Counted from the first letter of the stretch, positions 48,461 through 58,039 are shown. The stretch is DNA of 64,000 nucleotides from Candidatus Bilamarchaeaceae archaeon (GCA_038851325.1 JAWCKZ010000003.1:930-64929), one strand, 5' to 3'. Numbers and translations are program-made. The notes: generated by a model not told the origin, from the sequence alone.

Positions 48461-50830
48461 ATGAAGATTAGAAAAGCATTTCTTCTTTCGCTTGGTTACG
48501 TGATCAAGGGCAGCAGAACCTACGTGTCGCTTCTGCTAAAGGGCAAAAAGACGGTGAAACGCTATTATCAGTGCGATCCCTATTTTCTTGTTGATGCGCC
48601 AGCAGCTGTGAAGGATGACATAAAAAAGATTTCGGTCGAACAAAAGGGGAAAATGATAACGCCGTTGGCAGTTGAAGAAACAGAACGACTTGTCAAACTA
48701 AAAAAGAAAAAATTCCTGAAGGTTCTCTGTCGTGAGCCATCGCACGTTCCTCTGCTAAAGCGTGCGATTCCCTATCCATGCTATGAGTTCGAAATCCCAT
48801 TTGTGCGCAGATTTTTGTTTGACATGCAGCTCACACCAAACTGGTTAATCCGCTATGAACGAGAGGGGAAGATAATAAGAAAAATACTTTCATGCGAGCC
48901 GGTCACCCCTTCTCTTAAGACACTTGCTTTTGATATAGAAACATACAATCCACTGGGCACACCAAGGCCGAAAAAGGATCCCGTGCTTATAATAAGCTAT
49001 ACGGATTCTAAGAGCGGCGCGCTTACCTATAAGCCATGCTCGAGAGCGGGCGTTGAGATTGTTAAGGATGAAAAAGAGTTGCTTGAGCGCTTTTCGCGAC
49101 TTGTGGCGCATTCCGATCCAGATGTTCTTGTTGGGTATAATTCAGGAAACTTCGATCTTCCGTATCTCTATGAGCGCGCAAGGCTTTTGAAGTCGGCGTT
49201 CAATCTAGGGAGATGGAAGGGAAAACTAAGGAGTGTAAAACGGGGAATGATAGGCGGAGCGAGCATCTCTGACAGACTACATCTTGACCTCTATCCAATC
49301 ATCAGACTCTTTGGTTTTATCGGAGTTTTGAAGACATCGGAGTTTACGCTGAATGCTGTTGCCAACGAGGTACTTGGAAAAAAGAAGATATCTGTTAAGC
49401 GGGCAGATATCTGGAGGCTTTGGGATGAAAACAGAATGGATGAGCTGATAGAGTACGCTGTGAGGGACGCGGAACTTACAAAAGCACTTTGTGAAGTTTA
49501 TCTGCCGCTTGAGCTTGAGTTGAGCAGCATTACAAAACTCCCTCTATTTGATGTTAGCCTTGCAACGAGTGGGCAGCTCGTTGAAAACCTTCTTATGTAC
49601 AATGCAGCAAAACGTGGAGAGCTTATTCAGCTCAGACCTGTTGGTGAGGCCATCGAGGAGAGACTCGCAAACCCAATAAAAGGGGCATTCGTAAAACTGC
49701 CAGAGCCAGGAATTTACGAGCAGATAGCAGTACTCGACTTTCGTGGACTATATCCCTCGATAATTGTTTCTTATAACATTGATCCCGCAACCCTTACTGA
49801 GAGTCATGAAGATGAGACCTTTGTTTCTCCAACAGGTGCGCAATTCAAAAAATCCCCAAAAGGGCTAATTCCATCTGTTCTGGAGGAGCTCATAGACCTT
49901 CGGAGCGCATTGAAGAAGAGGTTAAAGACTCTTGACCCAACAAGCAGGGAGTATAAAATTCTCAGCGCACGTTCGCAAGCGATAAAGATACTTTCAAATT
50001 CCTTTTATGGTTACCTAGGTTACGCCCGTTCACGATGGTATTCAAGAAAATGCGCTGAGAGTGTTACTGCTTGGGGGAGAAAACATATCCATGACACGAT
50101 CGAGGCAGCTGAAAAAAGCGGGTTCAAGGTTCTTTATGCAGATACAGATTCGGTATTTCTCGTATACAAGAGCAAAGAAGAGGTTCTTAATTTTGTGGAT
50201 AAGATAAACAAATCGCTTCCAGAAAAGATGGAGCTTGAGATAGAGGGTTTCTATCCACGCGGCGTTTTTGTCAGTAAAAAGGCAGAGGAAAAGGGAGCGA
50301 AAAAGAAATATGCCCTCCTCAGCGAGGACGGAAGAATAAAGATACGTGGTTTTGAGCTTGTTAGAAGAGATTGGTCGCAAATTGCAAAGGAAACACAATA
50401 TCATGTTCTCGAGGCGATACTAAGAGAAGGAAGCAGGGAGAAAGCCGTTGCGGTTGTCAGAGAAGCGATAGAGAGATTGAAAAGCGGGGCTGTTGATATA
50501 TCAGAATTGGCTATAGTAACGCAGCTCAATAAAGACCCTCGCGCAGGTTATGAGGTTATAAGTCCTGAGCTTGCTGCGGCGAAGAAACTCATAGCAGAAG
50601 GCGTTCCGGTGGAAAAGGGAAGCATTATTTCGTATGTTATTACAAAGAAAGGTAGCAGTATCTCAGAGAAAGCGATGCCAACTGATTCCGCAGAGGATTA
50701 TGACATTGACTATTATATTAACAATCAAATACTTCCGGCTGTTATGAAGATTCTGAGAGAGCTCGGCTATGACGAGTACAGGGTTAAGGTAGGTGGGAGG
50801 CAAAGATTGCTCAATTCATTTTTTGAGTAG
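48461..50830 (+). CDS. polB: Family B DNA polymerase
   Basis: FDIET, YNSGNFD, DFRGLYPS, KILSNSFYGY, YADTDS, KKKY, PIP QRLLNSFF. Confidence 0.97.
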   Translation: MKIRKAFLLSLGYVIKGSRTYVSLLLKGKKTVKRYYQCDPYFLVDAPAAVKDDIKKISVEQKGKMITPLAVEETERLVKLKKKKFLKVLCREPSHVPLLKRAIPYPCYEFEIPFVRRFLFDMQLTPNWLIRYEREGKIIRKILSCEPVTPSLKTLAFDIETYNPLGTPRPKKDPVLIISYTDSKSGALTYKPCSRAGVEIVKDEKELLERFSRLVAHSDPDVLVGYNSGNFDLPYLYERARLLKSAFNLGRWKGKLRSVKRGMIGGASISDRLHLDLYPIIRLFGFIGVLKTSEFTLNAVANEVLGKKKISVKRADIWRLWDENRMDELIEYAVRDAELTKALCEVYLPLELELSSITKLPLFDVSLATSGQLVENLLMYNAAKRGELIQLRPVGEAIEERLANPIKGAFVKLPEPGIYEQIAVLDFRGLYPSIIVSYNIDPATLTESHEDETFVSPTGAQFKKSPKGLIPSVLEELIDLRSALKKRLKTLDPTSREYKILSARSQAIKILSNSFYGYLGYARSRWYSRKCAESVTAWGRKHIHDTIEAAEKSGFKVLYADTDSVFLVYKSKEEVLNFVDKINKSLPEKMELEIEGFYPRGVFVSKKAEEKGAKKKYALLSEDGRIKIRGFELVRRDWSQIAKETQYHVLEAILREGSREKAVAVVREAIERLKSGAVDISELAIVTQLNKDPRAGYEVISPELAAAKKLIAEGVPVEKGSIISYVITKKGSSISEKAMPTDSAEDYDIDYYINNQILPAVMKILRELGYDEYRVKVGGRQRLLNSFFE

Positions 50831-50866
50831 CGCAACATATTTATAACCTCTCGCATTCTTCTCTTC

Positions 50867-51916
50867 ATGCGCGGTCCTTATGCACCGTTAAAGAGATATC
50901 TTGAGATACGCGATCGCAAGAGAGTTCCTTTTTTTATGTTGATCAAAAAGATAGCGTGCGAAAGGAGCAGTAATCTTGATGATATGTGGGCAGAGCATAA
51001 GCGCGGTTTGAAAATTTTTAGAAGGCTGAAGAGGAATGAGCCAAAGGCCATGGCAGAGACGAGCGACGAATCCTACTCCCTACTCGACCTGAAGTATGAT
51101 ATTGCGATGGAGCTGCTGAAATCATGCGTTTTCTGCGAAAGAAGATGTATGGCGAACCGCGCAGAAGGAAGGCTTGGGTGGTGTAGGGTTGGATCGCAGA
51201 GCCGTGTTGCAACTATGTTCGAGCATTATGGGGAAGAAGATGTACTTGTGCCGAGCGGTACGATTTTCTTCAGTGGCTGCACATGGAAGTGTGTTTATTG
51301 TCAAAACTGGGATATAAGCCAGTTTCCAGAGCGCGGAGTGGCAATGACCGGTAAAGAAATCGCATGTTGGATAGATGACAAGGCTGAGAGCGGGCGGATA
51401 ATAAATGCAAATTTTGTCGGTGGAGAGCCGACCCCAAACCTTCACACTATAATAGATACTGCACGAAACATGAAAAGTCAGACACCCATCATATGGAATT
51501 CGAACATGTATATGAGTGAGGAGAGCCTTGCACTCCTTGAGGGTGTGGTGGATCTCTATCTTGCAGATTTTAGGTATGGGAATGATAATTGCGCCATGCG
51601 ACTTTCAAGCGCTCCAAGATATATGGCAACGATGAGGAGAAACTTTAGGCGCGCGAGCAAGGATGCTGAGATGGTGATCAGAATTCTTGTCCTTCCAAAT
51701 CACATCGAGTGCTGCGCAAAGAATATCCTCAAATGGATCGGTGATAACATCGCTGACAGGGTTTATGTAAATCTTATGAGCCAGTACAGGCCTGAATACA
51801 AGGCAGTTGAGTATCCGGAGATCGCGCGACGGTTGTACAACGAGGAGTACGAAAGAGCAATCCAGTATCTAAAGAACGCAGGAGTAAAATATTATGAGAT
51901 TCAGGGGAGGATATGA
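50867..51916 (+). CDS. Radical SAM protein, PflX-like
   Basis: CVFCERRC, HYGEE, GTIFFSGCTWKCVYCQNWDISQ, GGEPTP. Confidence 0.9.
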   Translation: MRGPYAPLKRYLEIRDRKRVPFFMLIKKIACERSSNLDDMWAEHKRGLKIFRRLKRNEPKAMAETSDESYSLLDLKYDIAMELLKSCVFCERRCMANRAEGRLGWCRVGSQSRVATMFEHYGEEDVLVPSGTIFFSGCTWKCVYCQNWDISQFPERGVAMTGKEIACWIDDKAESGRIINANFVGGEPTPNLHTIIDTARNMKSQTPIIWNSNMYMSEESLALLEGVVDLYLADFRYGNDNCAMRLSSAPRYMATMRRNFRRASKDAEMVIRILVLPNHIECCAKNILKWIGDNIADRVYVNLMSQYRPEYKAVEYPEIARRLYNEEYERAIQYLKNAGVKYYEIQGRI

Positions 51917-52515
51917 AAAGGAATTCAAAATACAAGCTGGCTATATTCGATTTCGACGACACGCTCGTTCATCTTGACATCGACTGGGAAAAGGTGAAGA
52001 TAGAACTCATAGAAAAAGTAGAGGCTGATGGCACAAAGATACCAGAGAGAATTAAGAGCGCAGACCCTATGGATGCTGCAAACTATCTTTCCGAACGCGG
52101 ATATAAAGAATTAGTTGTAAGCGATTTTAGAAAAAATGAGGATGACTGCGTAAGACGCGGTGGTTGCACCATCTTTCCTTCCATGATGAGACTGCTAAAA
52201 GAACTAAAGGCAGCCGGTTACTTAATTGCGATAGCATCAGGTAACACAACAATAACAATAAACGAAGTTCTAAGCAAAGAAGGCATAAGTCCTGATTTTA
52301 TAGCAGGACAGGATAGCATTAGGGTGAACAAACCCTATCCAGATATCCTAAATCTTATCCTTCGACAACTTAAGGTGGGAAAAGAAGAAGCAATTTTTAT
52401 AGGAAACAGCAGTTTCGACGCCCGCGCAGGAAAAAATGCGGGTATAAAAACGATAATAATAAAGCCAAACAATGAAAAGGATGTGGCTTTGCTTTCGAAG
52501 CTTTTACTCCATTAA
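51913..52515 (+). CDS. HAD-superfamily hydrolase
   Basis: FDFDDTL, KPYP, IGNSSFD. Confidence 0.85.
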   Translation: MKRNSKYKLAIFDFDDTLVHLDIDWEKVKIELIEKVEADGTKIPERIKSADPMDAANYLSERGYKELVVSDFRKNEDDCVRRGGCTIFPSMMRLLKELKAAGYLIAIASGNTTITINEVLSKEGISPDFIAGQDSIRVNKPYPDILNLILRQLKVGKEEAIFIGNSSFDARAGKNAGIKTIIIKPNNEKDVALLSKLLLH

Positions 52516-52521
52516 TCTCTA

Positions 52522-53421
52522 TTAACCTTTCAGCAGTTTGAGAAGAAGCGCCTCCTGGGCCCACATCCTATTCTCTGCCTGGTCCCAAACTGCTGCGTGC
52601 TTACCGTCAAGAACATCATCTGTTATCTCCAGCCCCCTATGAGCTGGAAGGCAATGCATCACTATGCAATCTGGCTTGGCATTCATCAGCAGCTCGCTAT
52701 TAACTTGATATGGTGCGAATGCTGTTTTCCTTGCTGCCTCCTCTGCCTCCATTCCCATGCTCACCCAGACATCTGTGTAGATAACGTCCGCTCCTTTCAC
52801 TGCCTTTATTGGGTCATGCTCGATGGTTATCCTTGTATACTTCGAGGCCTCCTTTACATACTCCTCATTTGGCGGGTATCTCTCTGGGCAAGAAAGGGTT
52901 ATGCCCATATTGTATCTTGCAGCAGCAAGCATGAGGGAATTTGCAACATTGTTTGCTGCATCACCTATGTAAACAAGCTTTCCTTTTATCTTTCCATGCT
53001 CTATTATCGTCTGAACATCAGCTAGCGCTTGGCATGGATGCTCGAGATCAGTAAGGGCGTTTATCACAGGCACACTTGCCCATCTCGCAAGCTCAACGAG
53101 AGTAGCGTGCTTAAAGAGCCGCGCGCTGATGGCATCTCCATATCGTGAGAGTACGCGTGCAGTATCCGCCATCGTTTCTCCACGGCTTAGTTGGGAGCTC
53201 TTAAAGTCCATAACAAGAGAGCGACCTCCCAGATTATAGATTGCGGTTTCAAAGGATAACCTTGTTCTCGTTGATGGTTTTTCATAAAGTGATATGAGGA
53301 CCTTGCCGTTAAGGTCTGTTCTCTTCCGGTTTCTTTCTTTCTTCAGTTTGATAGCCAGGTCTATTATCTCCTTCATAAATTCTACAGGGGTTTCCCTAAT
53401 CGTGAGAAAATCTCTTTTCAT
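52522..53421 (-). CDS. argF: Ornithine carbamoyltransferase
   Basis: STRTR, HPCQ, DVWVSMG, HCLP, QAENR. Confidence 0.95.
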   Translation of the reverse strand: MKRDFLTIRETPVEFMKEIIDLAIKLKKERNRKRTDLNGKVLISLYEKPSTRTRLSFETAIYNLGGRSLVMDFKSSQLSRGETMADTARVLSRYGDAISARLFKHATLVELARWASVPVINALTDLEHPCQALADVQTIIEHGKIKGKLVYIGDAANNVANSLMLAAARYNMGITLSCPERYPPNEEYVKEASKYTRITIEHDPIKAVKGADVIYTDVWVSMGMEAEEAARKTAFAPYQVNSELLMNAKPDCIVMHCLPAHRGLEITDDVLDGKHAAVWDQAENRMWAQEALLLKLLKG

Positions 53422-53510
53422 AATCCCACCTAAGGGCCTATGCACGAAAAGTTTTATAATATTAGGCACGCGTTGACCTTTAAGAGCACCATGGTAGCGG
53501 TTCTTGGTCC

Positions 53511-53801
53511 CTATTCTGCAGAAACCAAAAATTTAAAACAGTAGGTTGAACTAGAGCGGTTCTTTTTCAGCTCACTACCAAGATATCTGCATATAGCGAC
53601 CTTGCGGAATCCATGCTTCGTTACGGCTGTCTTTATTATGGATTCTACCTCTGAGCCGTCTATATCGCCAGGCAACTTTATCTCAATCTGCTTTCCTGTA
53701 CATGAAAGAACAGCTTGGGCCCTGATATCGTCTACACCAGCCCTTCTGGCGATGGTTAAAAGGAACCTATATTTTCGCACTGGCAGCCCGGTGTTTTCCA
53801 T
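53511..53801 (-). CDS. Hypothetical protein
   Basis: 96-aa ORF with TTTAAATA about 35 nt upstream. Confidence 0.5.
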   Translation of the reverse strand: MENTGLPVRKYRFLLTIARRAGVDDIRAQAVLSCTGKQIEIKLPGDIDGSEVESIIKTAVTKHGFRKVAICRYLGSELKKNRSSSTYCFKFLVSAE

Positions 53802-54016
53802 TATTTATCACTAATTGTTATTAAGAGCCGAAATATTTAAATATTTTATCATTTTTTACCACAAAGAAGGAAAAAAGTGTGATATCCAACGCAAAATACC
53901 AAAAAAATTGTAAAAAATATACAAAAATTGCTGCCAAAACGCCACTACGCCAAAATGGAATCCCAGAGATCGACCAATTAAGATAGGATTAAAAATCTGG
54001 AAAGCAAAATTCTGTC

Positions 54017-54559
54017 ATGATCGACCTAACCGAAATTGAGAAAAAACTCATGGAAAAAGAAAGCGCGCTTGACAAGCTGCTCGTAAAAGCGCGAGAGACA
54101 GTGCGCGAATGTTCAAATGCAATAAAAGCGATACATTCTAGGGACCTGAGGACTGCCAGGGCGCACCTTAAAGAGGCTGAAAAAGGAGTGCAGGTATTAA
54201 CCAAGATGAAAAGCGAATTTCCTGCGCAGGTGGGCCACGTTCTTCAGGAATATGCCGAGGCGCAGATTACACTTGAGGCTATCGAAAGGAAGCGGATCCC
54301 TCATTATAAAGAACTTGGCGTAGAGGAGGTACCATATATCCTTGGTCTTCTTGATGCTATTGGCGAGCTTAAACGTGAAATGTATGAATCTTTAAGAAGA
54401 GGAGAGAGGAAGGAGGCTGAGAGATATTTTTCGCTAATGGAAGAGATATACGATACTCTTCTTCCACTTCGCTTTTCCAACGCTGTCTTACCTGATTTTA
54501 GAAGAAAACAAGATGCTGCACGAATGCAGATAGAGCAGGCCAGGGGGGAACTTTTATAG
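54017..54559 (+). CDS. Translin/Trax (C3PO)-family protein
   Basis: AIKAIH, QEYAEA, YILGLLDAIGELKR, RRKQD. Confidence 0.85.
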   Translation: MIDLTEIEKKLMEKESALDKLLVKARETVRECSNAIKAIHSRDLRTARAHLKEAEKGVQVLTKMKSEFPAQVGHVLQEYAEAQITLEAIERKRIPHYKELGVEEVPYILGLLDAIGELKREMYESLRRGERKEAERYFSLMEEIYDTLLPLRFSNAVLPDFRRKQDAARMQIEQARGELL

Positions 54560-54560
54560 T

Positions 54561-54842
54561 ATGAAATCGCGCGTTCATATTTCTATCTATGGTGATGTGC
54601 AAGGAGTTTTCTTTCGTGCTGGTACTGTCAGCGTGGCAACCGAGCTTGGGTTGGTTGGGTGGGTGCGAAACAGAACAGATGGCTCTGTAGAGGTAGTTGC
54701 CGAGGGAGAGAAGAAGGCTCTTGAGCAGTTGATAGAGTGGTGTAAGCATGGACCAACTGGTGCAACTGTAGAAAACGTGAAGGTGGAATGGAAAGCGCCA
54801 AGCGGTGAATTTAAGAGCTTTACGACAAGACCGACAGAGTAG
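54561..54842 (+). CDS. acyP: Acylphosphatase
   Basis: GDVQGVFFR, GWVRN..DGSVE, GP. Confidence 0.95.
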   Translation: MKSRVHISIYGDVQGVFFRAGTVSVATELGLVGWVRNRTDGSVEVVAEGEKKALEQLIEWCKHGPTGATVENVKVEWKAPSGEFKSFTTRPTE

Positions 54843-54844
54843 CC

Positions 54845-55225
54845 TCACTCCGGGTGGAATCTTTCCTTTTTTATACTTGACTTTCTTCTGGGATCCGAGT
54901 AGCGCTTGGTAAGCTTCATCCCTCCTATTTTACTTATGGTTGTCTCCAGTTCGCCGATTTCCATCTCCTCATTCAACGCCTCTCTTGCTTCCTCTGTCAG
55001 CGTTATAAACTCTCCACTGGTCGTTTCTTCTGTAGAGAGTACAGAGTAGACGAGCGCTGCAACCTTATGCGAGACTCCTTGCGGCAATTTTATTGTTTTT
55101 TCTCCTTCTGCACTTTTCAATGCTGTGGATATTATTCTCTCAGAATCTGCTATTTCCTTTGCGGTAAAGCCCTTTTCCCTAAGCCATTCTACAGAATCCT
55201 CATCAAATATCAGAGCCATAAACAT
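54845..55225 (-). CDS. Hypothetical acidic protein
   Basis: 126-aa ORF downstream of tRNA-Val. Confidence 0.6.
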   Translation of the reverse strand: MFMALIFDEDSVEWLREKGFTAKEIADSERIISTALKSAEGEKTIKLPQGVSHKVAALVYSVLSTEETTSGEFITLTEEAREALNEEMEIGELETTISKIGGMKLTKRYSDPRRKSSIKKERFHPE

Positions 55226-55261
55226 AATTTGTATAGAAACAATTTTATTGCTATACTAAAA

Positions 55262-55377
55262 TGGGCTCGCCCGGATTCGAACCGGGGATCTCCACCGTGT
55301 GAGGGTGGCGTCTTAACCACTTTCTGGATTTTGCCTTTTAAGTTACAGAAGACAAAAAGCCTCTCGACTACGAGCCC
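55262..55377 (-). tRNA. tRNA-Val(CAC) with 43-nt D-loop intron (about 55320-55362, position 15/16)
   Basis: GGGCTCG/CGAGCCC acceptor, CCACC-CTCACAC-GGTGG anticodon arm, CCCGG-TTCGAAT-CCGGG T arm. Confidence 0.92.
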
Positions 55378-55380
55378 GCG

Positions 55381-55953
55381 TCAGTGAGAAATTTTATTGT
55401 CAGGGCCTTTGTGAGAAGATAGCGGCTTAACGAAAAGATACTGCTTTTCTTTTCCTTCGAGTTCATTTACTACTCTATTGACAAAGATACTAACCGGGTC
55501 TGTCAGAGAAGGAACTCTTGCCTTTAGATCCGCGAAGGATTCAAATCTCTTTTCCTCCCTAACTCTGAGGATAGCTTCCATATTTTTCTTTCCTATTCCT
55601 GGAAGTAGGTCAAGGGTGTGGACTCTAATCGAGATGGGTTTTGCATTGTTTATGAACGCGATAAAGTCGCTTTCCCTCGTTTCCACTATTCTTCTTATTG
55701 CTGTTGGAAGAAAACTTTTTGCGCTACTCGTCAACGCATCATAAGATATTCGTCCTTTAATATGGTCTATTTCAGTACGTTCCCCTTTTCCCACGTAAAC
55801 TCTTTGACCTACAACAATGGCTGCTGTTGGTTTTATGCTTGCCTCCAAAAGAGTGAAGTATCTCTCACCTACGAGTTGGACTATAGGCTCACGTTTTATC
55901 TGAGTTGCGTGCCCCATAGGAAGGTATTCGATAACCCAAGCGTAATCCTCCAT
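55381..55953 (-). CDS. DUF655 putative RNA-binding protein
   Basis: YLP.GH, FTLLE, GQRVYVG, LLPGIGKK, FESFADL; conserved position next to rpo4. Confidence 0.9.
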   Translation of the reverse strand: MEDYAWVIEYLPMGHATQIKREPIVQLVGERYFTLLEASIKPTAAIVVGQRVYVGKGERTEIDHIKGRISYDALTSSAKSFLPTAIRRIVETRESDFIAFINNAKPISIRVHTLDLLPGIGKKNMEAILRVREEKRFESFADLKARVPSLTDPVSIFVNRVVNELEGKEKQYLFVKPLSSHKGPDNKISH

Positions 55954-55957
55954 TCGC

Positions 55958-56269
55958 TCACCCTAAGGCCTTCATTATTTCGTTCAGCTCCTCCTCACTT
56001 AACTCTATCTTTTCCTTTACCAGTATGGCTTTCAGTGTAGATATTGTTTTTGGGTTTACTTCAATCATTTTAATAGCAGCCTCAGCAGTAATTTTTTCAT
56101 TCTTTTTCATTAACTCGCTGATTTTTTTCACCTTCAAATCAGAATAAACCCTTTCAGCGTGCTCTAGCGCAAGCGTTTGCTCATAGTTTAACTCGCCCTC
56201 CTTTTTTCTTTGCTCAAGTAATTCCTTCGCCTCGCTAGCTGGTATTGGTTTTGATTCTATAATTTTCAT
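55958..56269 (-). CDS. rpo4: RNA polymerase subunit Rpo4 (F)
   Basis: SEAKELL, LNYEQ..ALEH; lies between eL21 and DUF655. Confidence 0.88.
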   Translation of the reverse strand: MKIIESKPIPASEAKELLEQRKKEGELNYEQTLALEHAERVYSDLKVKKISELMKKNEKITAEAAIKMIEVNPKTISTLKAILVKEKIELSEEELNEIMKALG

Positions 56270-56273
56270 AAGC

Positions 56274-56552
56274 TCACCTCGATGGTACTAGGTGTATTGC
56301 GGTTGTTATGATCTTCTTTATCTTCCCGCCATCCAAGATTTCAACAACATAGCTATTGCCCCTTTTTTCAACCACACGGCCGCGTCTTCCAGCGTATCTG
56401 TGAGGCGGTCGAGCACGAACGACATGCAGCGGTCTTATGTGGACATTGTCTCCTACGTTAAATCTTCTAGCCATGGCGGACACAGTAACCTCTCGCGCTT
56501 TCTTCATCCTCTTGGTTGTCTTGCTAAGGCTACCTCTGGATCTTTTAACCAT
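56274..56552 (-). CDS. rpl21e: 50S ribosomal protein eL21
   Basis: KRSRG, F.VGD.V.I, PPHRYAGRRG.V, HL. Confidence 0.93.
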   Translation of the reverse strand: MVKRSRGSLSKTTKRMKKAREVTVSAMARRFNVGDNVHIRPLHVVRARPPHRYAGRRGRVVEKRGNSYVVEILDGGKIKKIITTAIHLVPSR

Positions 56553-56656
56553 TTATCTCCCTCTAAGTCCTCGTACGGTCTCTTAAAAATAAGATAGCAA
56601 GTTTTTAAAATGGTTTCCACTCAATTTTGTTTATAAATCTTTGCCCGGGTGATCAA

Positions 56657-57214
56657 TTGAAATTAGAAAAAAAACGCGATTTTGTTATCACAAATATTGT
56701 TGCATCAGCCTCTCTCGGTCTCGAACTGGATCTTTTTCAGATTCATGATAAGGTTAAGGATGTAGAGTACGAACCAGAACAGTTCCCGGGCGCAATCCTA
56801 AAATTTGATGAACCAAAAGCGACCCTTCTTCTTTTTAAAAATGGAAAGGTCGTGTGTGTGGGCTGCAAGAAAAAATCACAGATGGAGCAAGCAGTCGAAA
56901 AAGCAAGAAAGATGCTCTTGCCATATGCAAAAAAAATATTAACAACACGAAAGCCAAAGATAGAGATAACAAACATAGTTGCAGCTGCAGAACTTGGTCT
57001 TACGCTTGATCTCTATAAGATAGCAGAGAAGGCTGATAACGTTGAATATGAGCCAGAGCAATTCCCCGGAGCTATCTTAAAATTTAGGGACCCAAAGGTC
57101 TCGCTTTTGCTTTTCAAGAATGGAAAGGTTATATGTGCTGGTGCGAAAACAGAGGAAGAAATAAGAAAGGCACTTGGGATGGCTAAAAGGGCGCTTAAGT
57201 CCTACTCTGAGTAG
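56657..57214 (+). CDS. tbp: TATA-binding protein
   Basis: Two repeats of NIVA..YEPEQFPG..LLFKNGKV; TTG start after GGTGA. Confidence 0.97.
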   Translation: MKLEKKRDFVITNIVASASLGLELDLFQIHDKVKDVEYEPEQFPGAILKFDEPKATLLLFKNGKVVCVGCKKKSQMEQAVEKARKMLLPYAKKILTTRKPKIEITNIVAAAELGLTLDLYKIAEKADNVEYEPEQFPGAILKFRDPKVSLLLFKNGKVICAGAKTEEEIRKALGMAKRALKSYSE

Positions 57215-57222
57215 GTGAAAGA

Positions 57223-57741
57223 GTGAGCCATCGCATTCTCTATATCGTTCTCCTGTTTCTTCTTTTTGGTTGTTATGGCCTGCCAACTTCCGAGGAATGC
57301 GAACGACTTACTAATGCACAAGAGCGAATGGAATGCTACAGAAACGCGGCAAAGACAGCAGCGTACTTAGGCGATGTTGTCAGTGTACGGCACATTTGTC
57401 TGAATGTCATCGATGAGATAGGTAGAAACTACGGCATTGAGAAACAGGCGCGTGTTGAGAAGAATCTCTGTCTTTATGAGTGCGCAAAGATACTTGCAGC
57501 AAATGAAAATGTTGATATATCTGAATCAATCGATCTGTGCAATGAAATAGAGACGCCAACAGGAGCGACTCTCTTTGGCGCTCCTGTAACAGAACCAGTG
57601 TGCCGTGAACAGGTTGAAAGGTTGGGTCGAGTAAGGCCATCTGAGTATTATAGAAATGATAATAACATCTGCGCAAATATCGTATTTATCCTTCTTTTAT
57701 GCTTGCCGCTATTTATGATGAGCCATCGTAGCGATCCATAA
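57223..57741 (+). CDS. Cys-rich lipoprotein-like protein with C-terminal TM helix
   Basis: LLFGC lipobox-like signal; repeated C..I...CY units; NNIC followed by a hydrophobic helix. Confidence 0.6.
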   Translation: MSHRILYIVLLFLLFGCYGLPTSEECERLTNAQERMECYRNAAKTAAYLGDVVSVRHICLNVIDEIGRNYGIEKQARVEKNLCLYECAKILAANENVDISESIDLCNEIETPTGATLFGAPVTEPVCREQVERLGRVRPSEYYRNDNNICANIVFILLLCLPLFMMSHRSDP

Positions 57742-58039
57742 GTTCAAGTGCTTTTTTAACACTCATCCCTTCCCTTACACCAATATTTTCAGCCCAACTT
57801 GTGACATGTCTTATCTTTGCTTTTTTAAACTCCTCTATATTTTTTACGCCAGCAACAAAGGCAGCTACATCCCCTATTTTCTCAGCTGTTTCCTTGTCTA
57901 TATAGCTGCAAGCAACATAGCCGTTTTTGGCCTTTATAACAATTAATGGGAGGTTTCCGATTTTTTGTTCGACAGCTTCGTATCGCCTTCCCTCAAATGC
58001 CACCTCTAAGAGGTGGTTTAATTTTTTAGGGTGCGCCAT
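57713..58039 (-). CDS. YunC/DUF1805 family protein
   Basis: PLIVIKA.NGYVACSY, AAFVAGV, GVREGM. Confidence 0.8.
   Translation of the reverse strand: MAHPKKLNHLLEVAFEGRRYEAVEQKIGNLPLIVIKAKNGYVACSYIDKETAEKIGDVAAFVAGVKNIEEFKKAKIRHVTSWAENIGVREGMSVKKALELMDRYDGSS

Noticed and set aside
41087-50830. Inteins in DP2 or PolB
   Set aside because: Normal lengths, contiguous catalytic motifs, no intein or LAGLIDADG blocks
53475-53509. Imperfect hairpin GACC..AAGA..ACC/GGT..TCTT..GGTC upstream of argF
   Set aside because: Short and bulged; cannot be distinguished from chance or a simple terminator
53878-53985. 35-codon GTG ORF in an A-rich intergenic region
   Set aside because: Too short, no motif and no clear RBS
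56690-57140. Direct repeat within tbp
   Set aside because: The normal two-fold internal repeat of TBP
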